This document shows positions 1 to 9,661 of a DNA stretch of 25,822 nt, piece by piece. Position 1 is the stretch's first letter; the number at the start of each line of letters is the position of its first letter. The notes under the pieces were generated by a model that saw only the letters and a program-made list of their open reading frames with translations, ran no database searches and was not told the DNA's origin. The stretch is from an uncultured virus (IMG/VR IMGVR_UViG_2806310815_000005) (lineage: Duplodnaviria; Heunggongvirae; Uroviricota; Caudoviricetes): IMG/VR virus record IMGVR_UViG_2806310815_000005. One strand, given 5' to 3'. The position numbers and the translations under genes were made by a program.

Positions 1-4
1 GATT

Positions 5-59
5 TGTAATAAAAGGAAATGTAATAAAAAACTAAAAAAAAACGATGAGTGTAATAAAA
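5..59 (+). repeat. Three exact copies of TGTAATAAAA (5-14, 20-29, 50-59)
   Basis: Read directly from the sequence. Starts are 15 and 30 bp apart and the copies flank the ATG at 45. Confidence 0.75.
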
Positions 60-260
60 CAAGTTAAGATTATCACACAAAACACACAAGCGGTGATAAT
101 AGAAAAAGACCAAGAATCTAATAACATCCATTTAACAACAGGAGAAGAGGTCTTTGAAGATTATAAAAGTTTTTTAACATATCTTACTTTGGAAGAAGCT
201 GAAGTATTAGGTAGTGAACTTATTAAATTAGCAAACGAAATAAAAAACCAAAATGTTTAG
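45..260 (+). CDS. Hypothetical phage protein (71 aa)
   Basis: ATG ORF after an A-rich leader. Overlaps the next gene by 8 nt. No recognisable family. Confidence 0.7.
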   Translation: MSVIKQVKIITQNTQAVIIEKDQESNNIHLTTGEEVFEDYKSFLTYLTLEEAEVLGSELIKLANEIKNQNV

Positions 261-459
261 ACAATACGCAAAAAACGCAATCCCAAAAATGATAGAACAG
301 TTTCCTGAATATACAGTAGGGGAATGTATTCTATCTATTATTAACCACAGAGAAAACAAAACAGTAAGTAAATCACAGTGGTTATCAGTAGCAACAGACG
401 AAGATATATATACAGCAACTGAAAAAGCAATAGAAATAGAATCTCAAAAAGATGAATAG
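253..459 (+). CDS. Hypothetical phage protein (68 aa)
   Basis: ORF overlapping both neighbours by 8 nt, consistent with translational coupling. Confidence 0.7.
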   Translation: MFRQYAKNAIPKMIEQFPEYTVGECILSIINHRENKTVSKSQWLSVATDEDIYTATEKAIEIESQKDE

Positions 460-910
460 CAACAACCTCCACGAAAGGGTGATACAACTCCACAGAGAAA
501 TAAAAGAATATATTGATTTATTTTTAAAACAAAGTAAGGAGTTAAAAGAAAAAACCGCCGAAAAAGCAAAAGAGTATAAAGACCAAGAGAAAGCAAAAGA
601 ATTAGCATTTGAAATCTTTATGAAAGGGCAAGTGCATCAAAGAGATATTGCTATATTAAAAAGTAAATTTGTAGATTTTTTCGATGCGTTTACATTATTA
701 GAAAGCGACTTAGATTTTGATGAGGAGTTAAAACAAACCTACAATGCAATAAAAACGGAAGAACAAAAACGAGTGTACTTGGTTACAAAAGGACAATTTG
801 AAGAAATTGAGAAAGGAGTAGAAAATAAAATCCGAGATAGTTATATAAAAAACAACACTTTTGAGCTTTTAAAAACACAATTTAACCAATATATAAAAGA
901 TGTCGGATAG
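452..910 (+). CDS. Hypothetical helical protein (152 aa) directly upstream of the terminase; positional small-terminase candidate only
   Basis: Charged, helical-looking ORF overlapping the terL start by 11 nt. Function inferred from position only. Confidence 0.7.
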   Translation: MNSNNLHERVIQLHREIKEYIDLFLKQSKELKEKTAEKAKEYKDQEKAKELAFEIFMKGQVHQRDIAILKSKFVDFFDAFTLLESDLDFDEELKQTYNAIKTEEQKRVYLVTKGQFEEIEKGVENKIRDSYIKNNTFELLKTQFNQYIKDVG

Positions 911-3662
911 AACAGATAACTTTATAAAAAACCATAAACCTTACTTTGATAGGAATGCAGTAGTTATAAAAGCTAATGGATGGAATGACTCCGAATCGTA
1001 TAAAGATGAAACTGATAGCTTATTACAACAACTTAGTGAATTACTTAAGAACGATGGTGACACTAAAGAAATTTCTAAAATAAAGCAACAGATAAGTGAT
1101 ATAGGTACAGAGCATCACAAAAATAAAGCAGAACTTTTTAAGCAGGAAAATACTTTAGCGTCTTCTATAACAGGAAGACTCTCTGCTTTTATAAAGGAGT
1201 CTGAATCAAATGGAGAAAGACAGTTACCTAAAGTACAAAAATTTATAGATTATACGGTAGAAATAATAAAAATCCATATAGATAAATGTGAGGAATACTT
1301 AGCCTACAATATTGATGTAATTAAAGATAGTAATACCAAACCAGAAGAAGATAAAGAGTATAAAAGTCAAGAGATACTTTTTCAAGATTCAGTTTTTCAA
1401 AAGAAAATAGGTATTTTAGACACACTACAAAAATTAAATATAAAATCATCCACAGAAGACCTAGAAAAAAGATTTTATAAAGACGCTAAGGCATCTCTAA
1501 TATTAAAAGAGCCTTTAGAGATACTAGATACAGATGTAAAACTAAAAGTCGATAGTCTAAGTGTAGAGTGGAATTTATCGACATCAAATGAGATGTTTAT
1601 AAATATGAATCCAAAAGATATACCTCAATGGAATACTAAAAAACATTTTTTTGATCAAGACCAAGTAGTATTACAATTTTGGACAGAGGAGTATAATAAG
1701 ATTAAAAATGGTATCACTATAGGGGGTTATTTCATACACCCTTGGTTGTACTTCCATCTCAATTTTTTTAAAACACCAATACCTCAAGAAGATGGTTCAG
1801 AACCAACAGTACAACCTGGGCTTAGAGATAACGAGTGGTTTTTTGCTGAAAATCTAAAGAATTGTATCAGTAAAGAATATCCAGGGTATTATTCTAAGGC
1901 TATGTTAGTATACGGAACTCGTCGTTTTGCAAAATCTGTAATTTTAGCATCTTTAGCACAATGGAGAACTTTAACCAAACATAACTCATTTGGAAGTATA
2001 GTAGGTGGAAATTCTTCGGATTTAAATGCTTTGACGAGTAAGATTAAGACATCTATGACGTACTCTGAACCTGCTTTTAAACTAGGATTTATCAAACAGA
2101 ATTGGGAGAATGGTGAGACAACTTTTGGTATAAAAGAAGATGCCTCAAATAATATAGTTTTTTCTAGTCTTATTGTACAAAACTTAGAGTCAGGAGCAAA
2201 ATCTTCAACACAAAAAACAGCAGGATTAGCCCCATCTGTATCAATTTATGATGAGATAGGTAAATACGCATTCTTAAAACCTTATCTTGCAGCACTACCA
2301 TCTTTTAAAACTCCATATGGATTTAAATGCGTTACTTGCTTGGCTGGAACTGGTGGGGAGGCAGACCTTTCAGTAGATGCTATGTCAGTACTAGCAAATC
2401 CTGAGTCTTATAGTCTACTACCTATGGATTGGGATAAATTAGAGAGTAAGATAGACCCTGAATTTATAACTTGGAAAAGGAGGAAATTCGCTACATTTTT
2501 TCCTGGTCAAATGGCTTACGAAGAAGGTTTTATAAAAGAACCTCAAAAGTTTTCAGATTTCTTAGGTATAAAAGATGAGGGATTAAACAACATAAATATT
2601 GATGTAACTAATTGGGAGAAAAATAAAAGGCTTTTAGAAGATAAAGTAGAAGATGCAAAAAGTGTAAAAGGTTCAAAAGGTAGGCTTTTAGAACAACAAC
2701 AAAAAGTTCAATACCCAATTGATCCAGAAGATTGTTTTATGTCTAGTGAAGATAACCCTTTTTTACCTCTAGAGTGTAAAGTTCATAAAGAAAAAATAAT
2801 AGAGCAAGGAGATATAGGAAAAAAAGTTGTACTTTATGAAAGAGGGGGTAGAGTTGAGTATGAAATGGCTGAAAATAAACCTTTACCTAACTATCCTTTT
2901 GAGGGAGGTTTTATAGACTCACCTGCGATTATTTATATCGAGCCTCCACAAAATCAATCAGAGATTCAGGAATATGAATTTTGTTCTTCATTAGATGATT
3001 ATAAGCAAGAACAATCTAACGGGGATTCTGTAGGATCCTTCACTATATTTAGAAGAAATTGTATGGACAAAAATTCTATGCAGATAGCCGCAGAGTATAA
3101 TGCCCGACCTGATCCACATAGAAAATTCCACCAACAAGGTCTATTACTGTTAAAAATGTATAATGCAAAATGTTTTCCAGAAAATGAAGATATGGATTTC
3201 AAGATATTTTTAGATACTAAAAATTTAACTTGGAGGTATTTAGTTAAAGGGATAAATTTAGCTCAAGACCTTGACTTAAATTCCAATGGTAATAGGGAGT
3301 ATGGATGGAGTCCTACTGAGAAGAATATTAATTTTATGTACGGACTTATAAAAAACTATATATCTCAAGAAATAGAGGAGTATAATGAAGAAGGAGAGGT
3401 AGTAAGGACATATTTAGGGTTAGAGCGAATAAAGTCAGTAGGTATATTAGAAGAACTCCAAAATTTTAAAAAAGATGGAAACTTCGATAGATTAAGGTCT
3501 TTTGGGGGAGCTCTTATGTATGACCACTATTTAACAAGTCAATATATAATACCTAGACCAACAATAAAAGCGGAAAAAGAAAAAAGAGAAAAAATGAAGA
3601 AGAAAAAAAGACGTTCTCATAGTATGTTTGGAAATACACCAGGAAGAGTATTTGGAAAATAA
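900..3662 (+). CDS. terL: Terminase large subunit (crAss-like) with about 230-aa N-terminal extension
   Basis: FWTEE..NG..IGG...WLYFHLNF N-terminal core motif; Walker A-like VYGTRRFAKS; Walker B SIYDEIGK; coupling motif AGTGG; RNase H-fold nuclease acidic residues (SLDDYKQ, FPENE, GNFDRL); located before the portal gene. Confidence 0.93.
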   Translation: MSDRTDNFIKNHKPYFDRNAVVIKANGWNDSESYKDETDSLLQQLSELLKNDGDTKEISKIKQQISDIGTEHHKNKAELFKQENTLASSITGRLSAFIKESESNGERQLPKVQKFIDYTVEIIKIHIDKCEEYLAYNIDVIKDSNTKPEEDKEYKSQEILFQDSVFQKKIGILDTLQKLNIKSSTEDLEKRFYKDAKASLILKEPLEILDTDVKLKVDSLSVEWNLSTSNEMFINMNPKDIPQWNTKKHFFDQDQVVLQFWTEEYNKIKNGITIGGYFIHPWLYFHLNFFKTPIPQEDGSEPTVQPGLRDNEWFFAENLKNCISKEYPGYYSKAMLVYGTRRFAKSVILASLAQWRTLTKHNSFGSIVGGNSSDLNALTSKIKTSMTYSEPAFKLGFIKQNWENGETTFGIKEDASNNIVFSSLIVQNLESGAKSSTQKTAGLAPSVSIYDEIGKYAFLKPYLAALPSFKTPYGFKCVTCLAGTGGEADLSVDAMSVLANPESYSLLPMDWDKLESKIDPEFITWKRRKFATFFPGQMAYEEGFIKEPQKFSDFLGIKDEGLNNINIDVTNWEKNKRLLEDKVEDAKSVKGSKGRLLEQQQKVQYPIDPEDCFMSSEDNPFLPLECKVHKEKIIEQGDIGKKVVLYERGGRVEYEMAENKPLPNYPFEGGFIDSPAIIYIEPPQNQSEIQEYEFCSSLDDYKQEQSNGDSVGSFTIFRRNCMDKNSMQIAAEYNARPDPHRKFHQQGLLLLKMYNAKCFPENEDMDFKIFLDTKNLTWRYLVKGINLAQDLDLNSNGNREYGWSPTEKNINFMYGLIKNYISQEIEEYNEEGEVVRTYLGLERIKSVGILEELQNFKKDGNFDRLRSFGGALMYDHYLTSQYIIPRPTIKAEKEKREKMKKKKRRSHSMFGNTPGRVFGK

Positions 3663-3703
3663 TTTTAGCATTTTGCAATAGATATAAATAAAAGGTAGTT
3701 TTG
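3662..3703 (+). promoter_or_regulatory. Bacteroidota primary-sigma promoter upstream of the portal gene
   Basis: TTTG (3672-3675), a 20-nt spacer and TAGTTTTG (3696-3703) match the -33 TTTG / -7 TAnnTTTG consensus. ATTTTA at 3662. Confidence 0.75.
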
Positions 3704-3723
3704 CATATTAAATCCACCTACAA

Positions 3724-6528
3724 TTGAGTTTTTTAAACGGTTTACATAAATATTATAACGGAGCTTTTGGAGGTTCGGGTACAGATAGTGCCCTACCTTT
3801 ACAGACTATCTCCGAGGCTAAAAAGTATAAAAAAGATAAAGAGTTTTTTAAACAGACTTTAGATGCTTTAGAGACTATTGGACTGACACAGTTTTTTCAA
3901 AACTTAGAGTTTCAGGATTACTACAAGATGATACAAGGTGATTTAGTTCACCGAGACTTTTTAGATGATGGCACAGATTCTGATGGAATATACAAAGGAA
4001 TAAAAGAGCTCCGAGAAGAAGTACAATTACCTACTTATATAAAACACTATGACCTTTTAGGTATGATAGTTAATCAGTTAACAGGGGAGCTTCCCGAAAT
4101 GACTGATATCATAAGAATGAGGTCAATAGATGAATATGCCAAGAATGACTATATAAGAGAAAAAGAAACATTAGTTGCACAGTATATGCAGCAAATGTTT
4201 AATAATAATCTTAACAAACTTTTAGCATTAAAAGGTATAAATCCTTTAAAAAACGACTTCCAATCCGAAGAAGAAAAACAACAATACTTACAATACCTAG
4301 AAGAAGAGAAAGCTAAGATAAAGTCTCCAAAAGATATTGATAGGGAACTTAGTAAATCTTGGAAAGTAAGAGCGGTTGAATGGGCGGAAAATAAATATGA
4401 GTCAGATTCCTTAAGATTTAAAGCTGATGTAAATTGTCCTACTGACGAGACAGAAATGAAAGACCTTCTTTTAACAGGGAGGTTTTTTACAAATTATCAT
4501 GTAGGTTATGATTATTATAGACCTGAACGTTGGAATCCAATACAAACATTTTTCTCTAGAAACCTGGACATAAAAAACCCACAAGACGGAGATTATGTAG
4601 GAAGAATTCATTTTATGTCTGCCTCAGAAATAGTTCAAAAGTGGGGGCACTTAATAAACAAGGAGGTACAAGAAGATCTTCACAAAGTATACGATAACTA
4701 TACAGACAAGAATAGAGTATATTCTGACAGTAAAACATTATATCAAAGACCTGTTGGCAAATTATTAGCTCCCGACGAAGATTATTTAGAAAGAGAAATA
4801 AATCTACAAATACAAGAGGCTTTTCAAACACCTATGGGAGAAACAACCATAGAGGGTAAAGATGGAAGCTTAACAAAAGTACCAACTTGGCTTTCAGATT
4901 ATAATGACAGCCCTAACTATATATCTAATGATTTAGCAAAACAGTTACGACAAGATATAGAAGTTAGACACGATGTCTTTAGAGTAACAGAAGCTTACTG
5001 GAAAGGTTTTAAATGTTGGGGAGCATTAAGATATGAAAGCGAAGAAGGAATCATTGTTGAAGAATTAGTAACAGAATATTTACTATCAGATTTCTTAAAA
5101 GAAAAAGGGATTAAAAAAGTAAACAATGTTTCGTTAGATGAGTTTGAAAAAGATCCTGAGAGAATAAATCAAATTTGTTACTTTTATTTACCTGTTATTT
5201 ATCAAGGTAAAAAAATCGCAGGTACAGGTACTTCAAAAGATATATATTTTGATATAAAGGAGTGTGATATTCAAATAAAAGGAGACAGTAACCTGTATGA
5301 TTTAAAACTACCTGTCGCAGGACTTATTACAAACTCTCTTGGTAAAAAGATAAGACCTTATCAATTAGGCTACAATGTCTGCTTAAATCAAATATACAAT
5401 TTACTCGAAAAGGAATTAGGGATGTTTTTCGCTATGGATATTAATTTACTTCCGAGCGAGTATAAGGATGAAGGTGATTCTAGAGATGCATTAGCTTCAT
5501 TGAGAGACACAATACGAGATATAGGTATATTACCACTAGACTACTCAAAACAAAACACTGCTGGTACTAATATGACTATGAACACTTTTCAAGCGCAAAG
5601 TTTGACCTTTGATGTTCAAATACAAAGACGTATAGAATTAGCAGAGTATTATAAAAGATTAGCGTTTGAGCAAATAGGTATTACAGAACAAAGAAAAGGA
5701 GCTCCGAATGAGTATATGACTAATGAAGGTATAAAAGTTGGTCAAGAAGCATCTTACGCACAAACAAAAAACCTATACACAGAGTTTAATAACGCCCGAC
5801 TAAGAAAAATAGAACTACATTTAGCAATAGCTCAATATTGTGAAGTAAACGATAAAGACATATCTACATTTTACAGAAAAACAGATGGGTCAATAGTCTA
5901 TAACACATTTTCTGATGAAAAATTCCACTTAAGAAAGATTGGAGTTTTACCAAGTTCAAACAGTGATGATAAAAAAAGAATAGAGGCGGTAAAACAAGCC
6001 TTACTAAACAATAACACTTTTGAAGGAGCAGATGTACTTTCTTATGCAAATATCATTAACTCCGACACACTATTAGAGCTATTAGATACAGCTAAAGCAG
6101 ACAGAAAAGAGCGTTACCAAAGAGAGGATTTAGCAAGACAGTCTCAGGAAAAGCAAACTCAAATGGCTTTAGAAGCAGAGGAAAGAAAAGATCTTAGAGA
6201 CAAAGCTTTTGAGAAGATGTTGGCAGATAACAAGAATGAAACATCTATACAGGAGAGTATTATAAATAGTCTGGGACGTGCTTCAGATAAGAAAAGTGAT
6301 ACGGAAGGAATAAATCAAATTAAGATTGCAGGGGATCAGGCACTAAAAGAACAAGAACTAGACTCTAAAGATGGAATAGAAAATAGGAAGTTAGATTTAA
6401 AAGCAGAAGAACAAAACGCCAACATTGCTCAAAAAGCAAAAGAGCTTGAAATTAGACTCAGAGAAGTGAAGGCTAAGGAAGATGAGATAAAAACTAATAG
6501 GTTCACTTCAATAATAAACAAAAACTAA
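3724..6528 (+). CDS. Portal protein (crAss-like, 934 aa, TTG start)
   Basis: Follows terL. Contains IKHYDLLGMIVNQLTGE, DLLLTGRFF, PYQLGYN and IGITEQRKG segments typical of P22/crAss-type portals, plus a long C-terminal coiled coil. The TTG start is less certain than the ORF itself. Confidence 0.88.
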   Translation: MSFLNGLHKYYNGAFGGSGTDSALPLQTISEAKKYKKDKEFFKQTLDALETIGLTQFFQNLEFQDYYKMIQGDLVHRDFLDDGTDSDGIYKGIKELREEVQLPTYIKHYDLLGMIVNQLTGELPEMTDIIRMRSIDEYAKNDYIREKETLVAQYMQQMFNNNLNKLLALKGINPLKNDFQSEEEKQQYLQYLEEEKAKIKSPKDIDRELSKSWKVRAVEWAENKYESDSLRFKADVNCPTDETEMKDLLLTGRFFTNYHVGYDYYRPERWNPIQTFFSRNLDIKNPQDGDYVGRIHFMSASEIVQKWGHLINKEVQEDLHKVYDNYTDKNRVYSDSKTLYQRPVGKLLAPDEDYLEREINLQIQEAFQTPMGETTIEGKDGSLTKVPTWLSDYNDSPNYISNDLAKQLRQDIEVRHDVFRVTEAYWKGFKCWGALRYESEEGIIVEELVTEYLLSDFLKEKGIKKVNNVSLDEFEKDPERINQICYFYLPVIYQGKKIAGTGTSKDIYFDIKECDIQIKGDSNLYDLKLPVAGLITNSLGKKIRPYQLGYNVCLNQIYNLLEKELGMFFAMDINLLPSEYKDEGDSRDALASLRDTIRDIGILPLDYSKQNTAGTNMTMNTFQAQSLTFDVQIQRRIELAEYYKRLAFEQIGITEQRKGAPNEYMTNEGIKVGQEASYAQTKNLYTEFNNARLRKIELHLAIAQYCEVNDKDISTFYRKTDGSIVYNTFSDEKFHLRKIGVLPSSNSDDKKRIEAVKQALLNNNTFEGADVLSYANIINSDTLLELLDTAKADRKERYQREDLARQSQEKQTQMALEAEERKDLRDKAFEKMLADNKNETSIQESIINSLGRASDKKSDTEGINQIKIAGDQALKEQELDSKDGIENRKLDLKAEEQNANIAQKAKELEIRLREVKAKEDEIKTNRFTSIINKN

Positions 6529-6575
6529 AAAAATATTTAAGGCTTAACTAAACTATAATTTTAGGTCTTAACAAT

Positions 6576-6617
6576 ATTTTATGAAATTTAATAATCAAGA
6601 ATCTTAACATATATTTG
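6576..6617 (+). promoter_or_regulatory. Probable Bacteroidota-type promoter upstream of the scaffold-like/MCP operon
   Basis: -7 box TATATTTG at 6610-6617 in an intergenic region. The -33 element is poor (TTTA). ATTTTA at 6576. Confidence 0.6.
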
Positions 6618-6631
6618 TAACATATTTTAAA

Positions 6632-7792
6632 ATGTCAGAAAAAAACCAAACCACAGACGAAGGAGTAATGTCATTTGACGAGCTAGTAGCAGACTATACT
6701 AGAGAGCAAGGACTAGCACCTCAACCCGAAGTAGAAGAAATTAATAACTCAGAAGAAGACTTAATGAGTCAAGCGGAGGAGTTAGAAAAAGGTCAAGAAG
6801 AAGAAACTACGGAAGAAGAGAACACAACTGAAAACCAATCCGAAGTAGAAGAGACCCCTGAAGAGGAAGTAAAAACTGAAAAAGATAAACCTACACCTAA
6901 TACCTTTAATTACGCAAGTTTTGTAAAAAAACAGATTGAAAAAGGTAAGTGGAAAGATGCTATTATAGAAGATGCAGAGGGTAATGAAGTGAAGCTTTCA
7001 GAAATGGAAGACTTAGATGAAGAAACTTTCTACCAAGTGCAGGACAGTCAAGAAGCTTTTTCAAAAGAAGATATTGAGACAAACTATATCCCTACTAAGG
7101 ATTTAGATGACAGAAAGAAAAAAGTCTTAGATATTGTATCAAAAGGCGGGGATTTAAAAGAGATATTTAAGTCAGAAGAAGGTTTAAAACAATATTTACA
7201 TCCTTATGAAGGTGTAGATTTAGAAGATGAGCAAGTACAAGCTAATATTCTTTATAATGATTTATTAAGGAGAAACGTTAGTGATAAGGTGGCTAGAGCT
7301 GCTGTAAAAGAGGCTCAGGAAGATCTTACTTTAGATACAAAAGCAAAAGAAATTATTGATAATGTTAATAAGCAGTTCGATAATTATGTAGCGGCGGAAG
7401 AGAAGAAGATTGAGCAAAAAGCAGAAACGGAAAAAGCAGAAGCTGCACAATACAGAAAAGATCTCACAAAATCCTTTAAAGAAGCAGAATTTAAAGATAA
7501 CGACGTAAAAAGATACGTAGACCTTGCTACTAAAAAGGATAAAGACGGAAACTACGCAGTAGATACTTTATTCAATGAATATATGGAAGACCCTAAAAAA
7601 GCAGTACAATTAGTTGCATTTTTAGACGACCCAGACAAGTTTTTAAAACGCTATAAAGATACAGCAAAAACAGAAGCTACAAAAGAGCACCTGCGAACAA
7701 TAAAGCTTATCCAAAACAAAGACAGAAAAGCACCAATAGAGGAGATAAAAAAAGAAAAGACAAACGAAATTATCCCTGACTTTATCAATTAG
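6632..7792 (+). CDS. Acidic, coiled-coil protein between portal and MCP; putative capsid scaffolding/assembly protein
   Basis: Very Glu-rich low-complexity N-terminus and helical remainder. Position matches the conserved pre-MCP gene of crAss-like capsid blocks. Confidence 0.65.
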   Translation: MSEKNQTTDEGVMSFDELVADYTREQGLAPQPEVEEINNSEEDLMSQAEELEKGQEEETTEEENTTENQSEVEETPEEEVKTEKDKPTPNTFNYASFVKKQIEKGKWKDAIIEDAEGNEVKLSEMEDLDEETFYQVQDSQEAFSKEDIETNYIPTKDLDDRKKKVLDIVSKGGDLKEIFKSEEGLKQYLHPYEGVDLEDEQVQANILYNDLLRRNVSDKVARAAVKEAQEDLTLDTKAKEIIDNVNKQFDNYVAAEEKKIEQKAETEKAEAAQYRKDLTKSFKEAEFKDNDVKRYVDLATKKDKDGNYAVDTLFNEYMEDPKKAVQLVAFLDDPDKFLKRYKDTAKTEATKEHLRTIKLIQNKDRKAPIEEIKKEKTNEIIPDFIN

Positions 7793-7821
7793 AAACAATC
7801 AATTTAAACTAAATAATCAAA

Positions 7822-9540
7822 ATGAGCGTAATTCAAAAGAATAAGTACTATAACTTCAATGAAGACCAAGTTATAGCTTTTACTGATTCAAAATCAATCA
7901 AAAAGTTTCAGGGGTACGTAGATATGCCTGTACTAAACACTGTATGGGAAGATGACCCAGAAAAAATTCACTTAGGACTTCAAAAATTCTTTGTAAACCA
8001 AAGGCAACTATCAACAGGAATGCTTCCAGAGCTTTTAGAGAAAAAGCAAATTATGGAAGTAAACGGTTTTGATGGTCGTTTTACTTATAGCGTACCTGTA
8101 AAAGGTAAAAAAGGGTCTTATACTAACCGTGATATGTCTTTCCAAGTAAAGCCTGGTATTGACGAGTCTCCTTTTAAAATCGCACTTGATAAAGAGTATG
8201 AACCAGGAGATATTTTAACAAACGACGCAGAATTTGGTCAACAAATTAAAGTTACTAATGATTTAGTAGATGTTGATGGAGACACTTTTATCCACACAGT
8301 TGTACTAGCTACACAGAGCCGTGATGATTGGTTCTTACCTGCTAACTTAGCAAAAGGTATTCAATATTGGAAATTATCTGCTGATCTAGGTGGAGAATAC
8401 GGAACAGATTACTCACGAGTTGAAATGCCTGATACTGTTGGAGAGATGAAAGTTCAATTCCAACTAGGAAACTTAAAAGGTGTTGAAGCTATGTTTACAG
8501 GTTATGCTGACAAACGTGACTACAATTATGCCGCTGCTTCGACAAAAGACTACTTTGGTAATCTAGAACAAGAGGCTGATGAAATGGGTTCTGTTGCAAT
8601 GATTATGGACAAGGTTCAGACACCTGACGGAACTATTAAAGGAAAAGTAAACGGTAACACTCATATCGCTTCAACTCTTCAAATGCTTGTTTTCCGTGAA
8701 CTAGAAAAAATCACAGCACAACAGTTAATGTTCCAAAGAGCAGCTACTTTTAAAAATGGTAATTCTGTATCAAGACTAAACGAAGGTTTCTGGCATCAAC
8801 TAAGACGAGGAAAACGTATTAAGTATTCTCGCCCAGGAGGTATCACTAAAAAACATATCCAAGATGCAGTAGAATACTTATTCAGAGGAAATCATTATAA
8901 ACCTTGGATCGAACGTACAGTTACTTTTAAAGTAGGGGATCAAGCAATGCAAAACGTTCTTGAAATCTTCCGCGACGAAGTTAATGCACAAATGACAGCA
9001 AACGCAGCTTTCATTACAGCACAAGGAAGTAATATCCTACCTAAATCAACTATCAGTTCACAAGATGGTAGCTTACAAGAACTAGCATTAGATTACTTAC
9101 GTTTTACTTCTGTAATGCTTCCAGGTATCGGACGAGTAAAAATCGAGCACGATGTAAACTTAGACTATACTTTAATGCAAGATAGATTTGCATCAGGTAT
9201 GAATGCTAAGAATATGGCTCACACCACTTACTCAATGGTAATTTGGGACGCAACAGACCAAAAGCACTCTAACAACAGAGAGATGCCAAAAGGAGCTACA
9301 CTTGCTGATGGAGCTGATGGTGGAGCAAATGCTTACTTAGTAAAACCAAAAGGTGCAATGACTTATTGGGGAACTGAGAGTGGACGTTACAATCCTTATA
9401 AAGCAGGAGACATTGTTTCTTCTCAAAAGCATATTGCAGGTTCAATTTGGGCATATAATTCTTGCGCCGTGCATATTATGGACTTAAGTCGATTCCTAAT
9501 TATAGAATTAGATGAGAATGCCAGAAATAGCTTCAATTAA
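7822..9540 (+). CDS. Major capsid protein (HK97 fold, crAss-like)
   Basis: 572 aa, after portal and scaffold-like genes and followed by a strong terminator. Contains an EGFWHQLR segment and a C-terminal AVHIMDLSRFLIIEL resembling crAss-like MCP ends. Confidence 0.82.
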   Translation: MSVIQKNKYYNFNEDQVIAFTDSKSIKKFQGYVDMPVLNTVWEDDPEKIHLGLQKFFVNQRQLSTGMLPELLEKKQIMEVNGFDGRFTYSVPVKGKKGSYTNRDMSFQVKPGIDESPFKIALDKEYEPGDILTNDAEFGQQIKVTNDLVDVDGDTFIHTVVLATQSRDDWFLPANLAKGIQYWKLSADLGGEYGTDYSRVEMPDTVGEMKVQFQLGNLKGVEAMFTGYADKRDYNYAAASTKDYFGNLEQEADEMGSVAMIMDKVQTPDGTIKGKVNGNTHIASTLQMLVFRELEKITAQQLMFQRAATFKNGNSVSRLNEGFWHQLRRGKRIKYSRPGGITKKHIQDAVEYLFRGNHYKPWIERTVTFKVGDQAMQNVLEIFRDEVNAQMTANAAFITAQGSNILPKSTISSQDGSLQELALDYLRFTSVMLPGIGRVKIEHDVNLDYTLMQDRFASGMNAKNMAHTTYSMVIWDATDQKHSNNREMPKGATLADGADGGANAYLVKPKGAMTYWGTESGRYNPYKAGDIVSSQKHIAGSIWAYNSCAVHIMDLSRFLIIELDENARNSFN

Positions 9541-9563
9541 TAGATAATAAATAGCTAAGATAG

Positions 9564-9595
9564 AAAGAGGAGACCTAAAAAGTTTCCTCTTTTTT
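9564..9595 (+). terminator. Rho-independent terminator after the MCP gene
   Basis: Stem AAGAGGAGAC / GTTTCCTCTT (one G-U pair), loop CTAAAAA, followed by a T-run. Confidence 0.85.
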
Positions 9596-9637
9596 ATTTG
9601 ATATACTTGCACAGGATTTAAAAAGTTTTTATATTTG
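9596..9637 (+). promoter_or_regulatory. Bacteroidota-type promoter driving the endonuclease gene
   Basis: TTG (9607-9609), a 20-nt spacer and TATATTTG (9630-9637), immediately downstream of the MCP terminator. Confidence 0.75.
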
Positions 9638-9661
9638 CATTATAAGTAAAAAATAAAAACA

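Noticed and set aside
900..9540. Intein or group I intron in the terminase, portal or MCP gene
   Set aside because: Reading frames are uninterrupted. I saw no intein splice-junction or LAGLIDADG motifs. The extra length of TerL is N-terminal, not internal.
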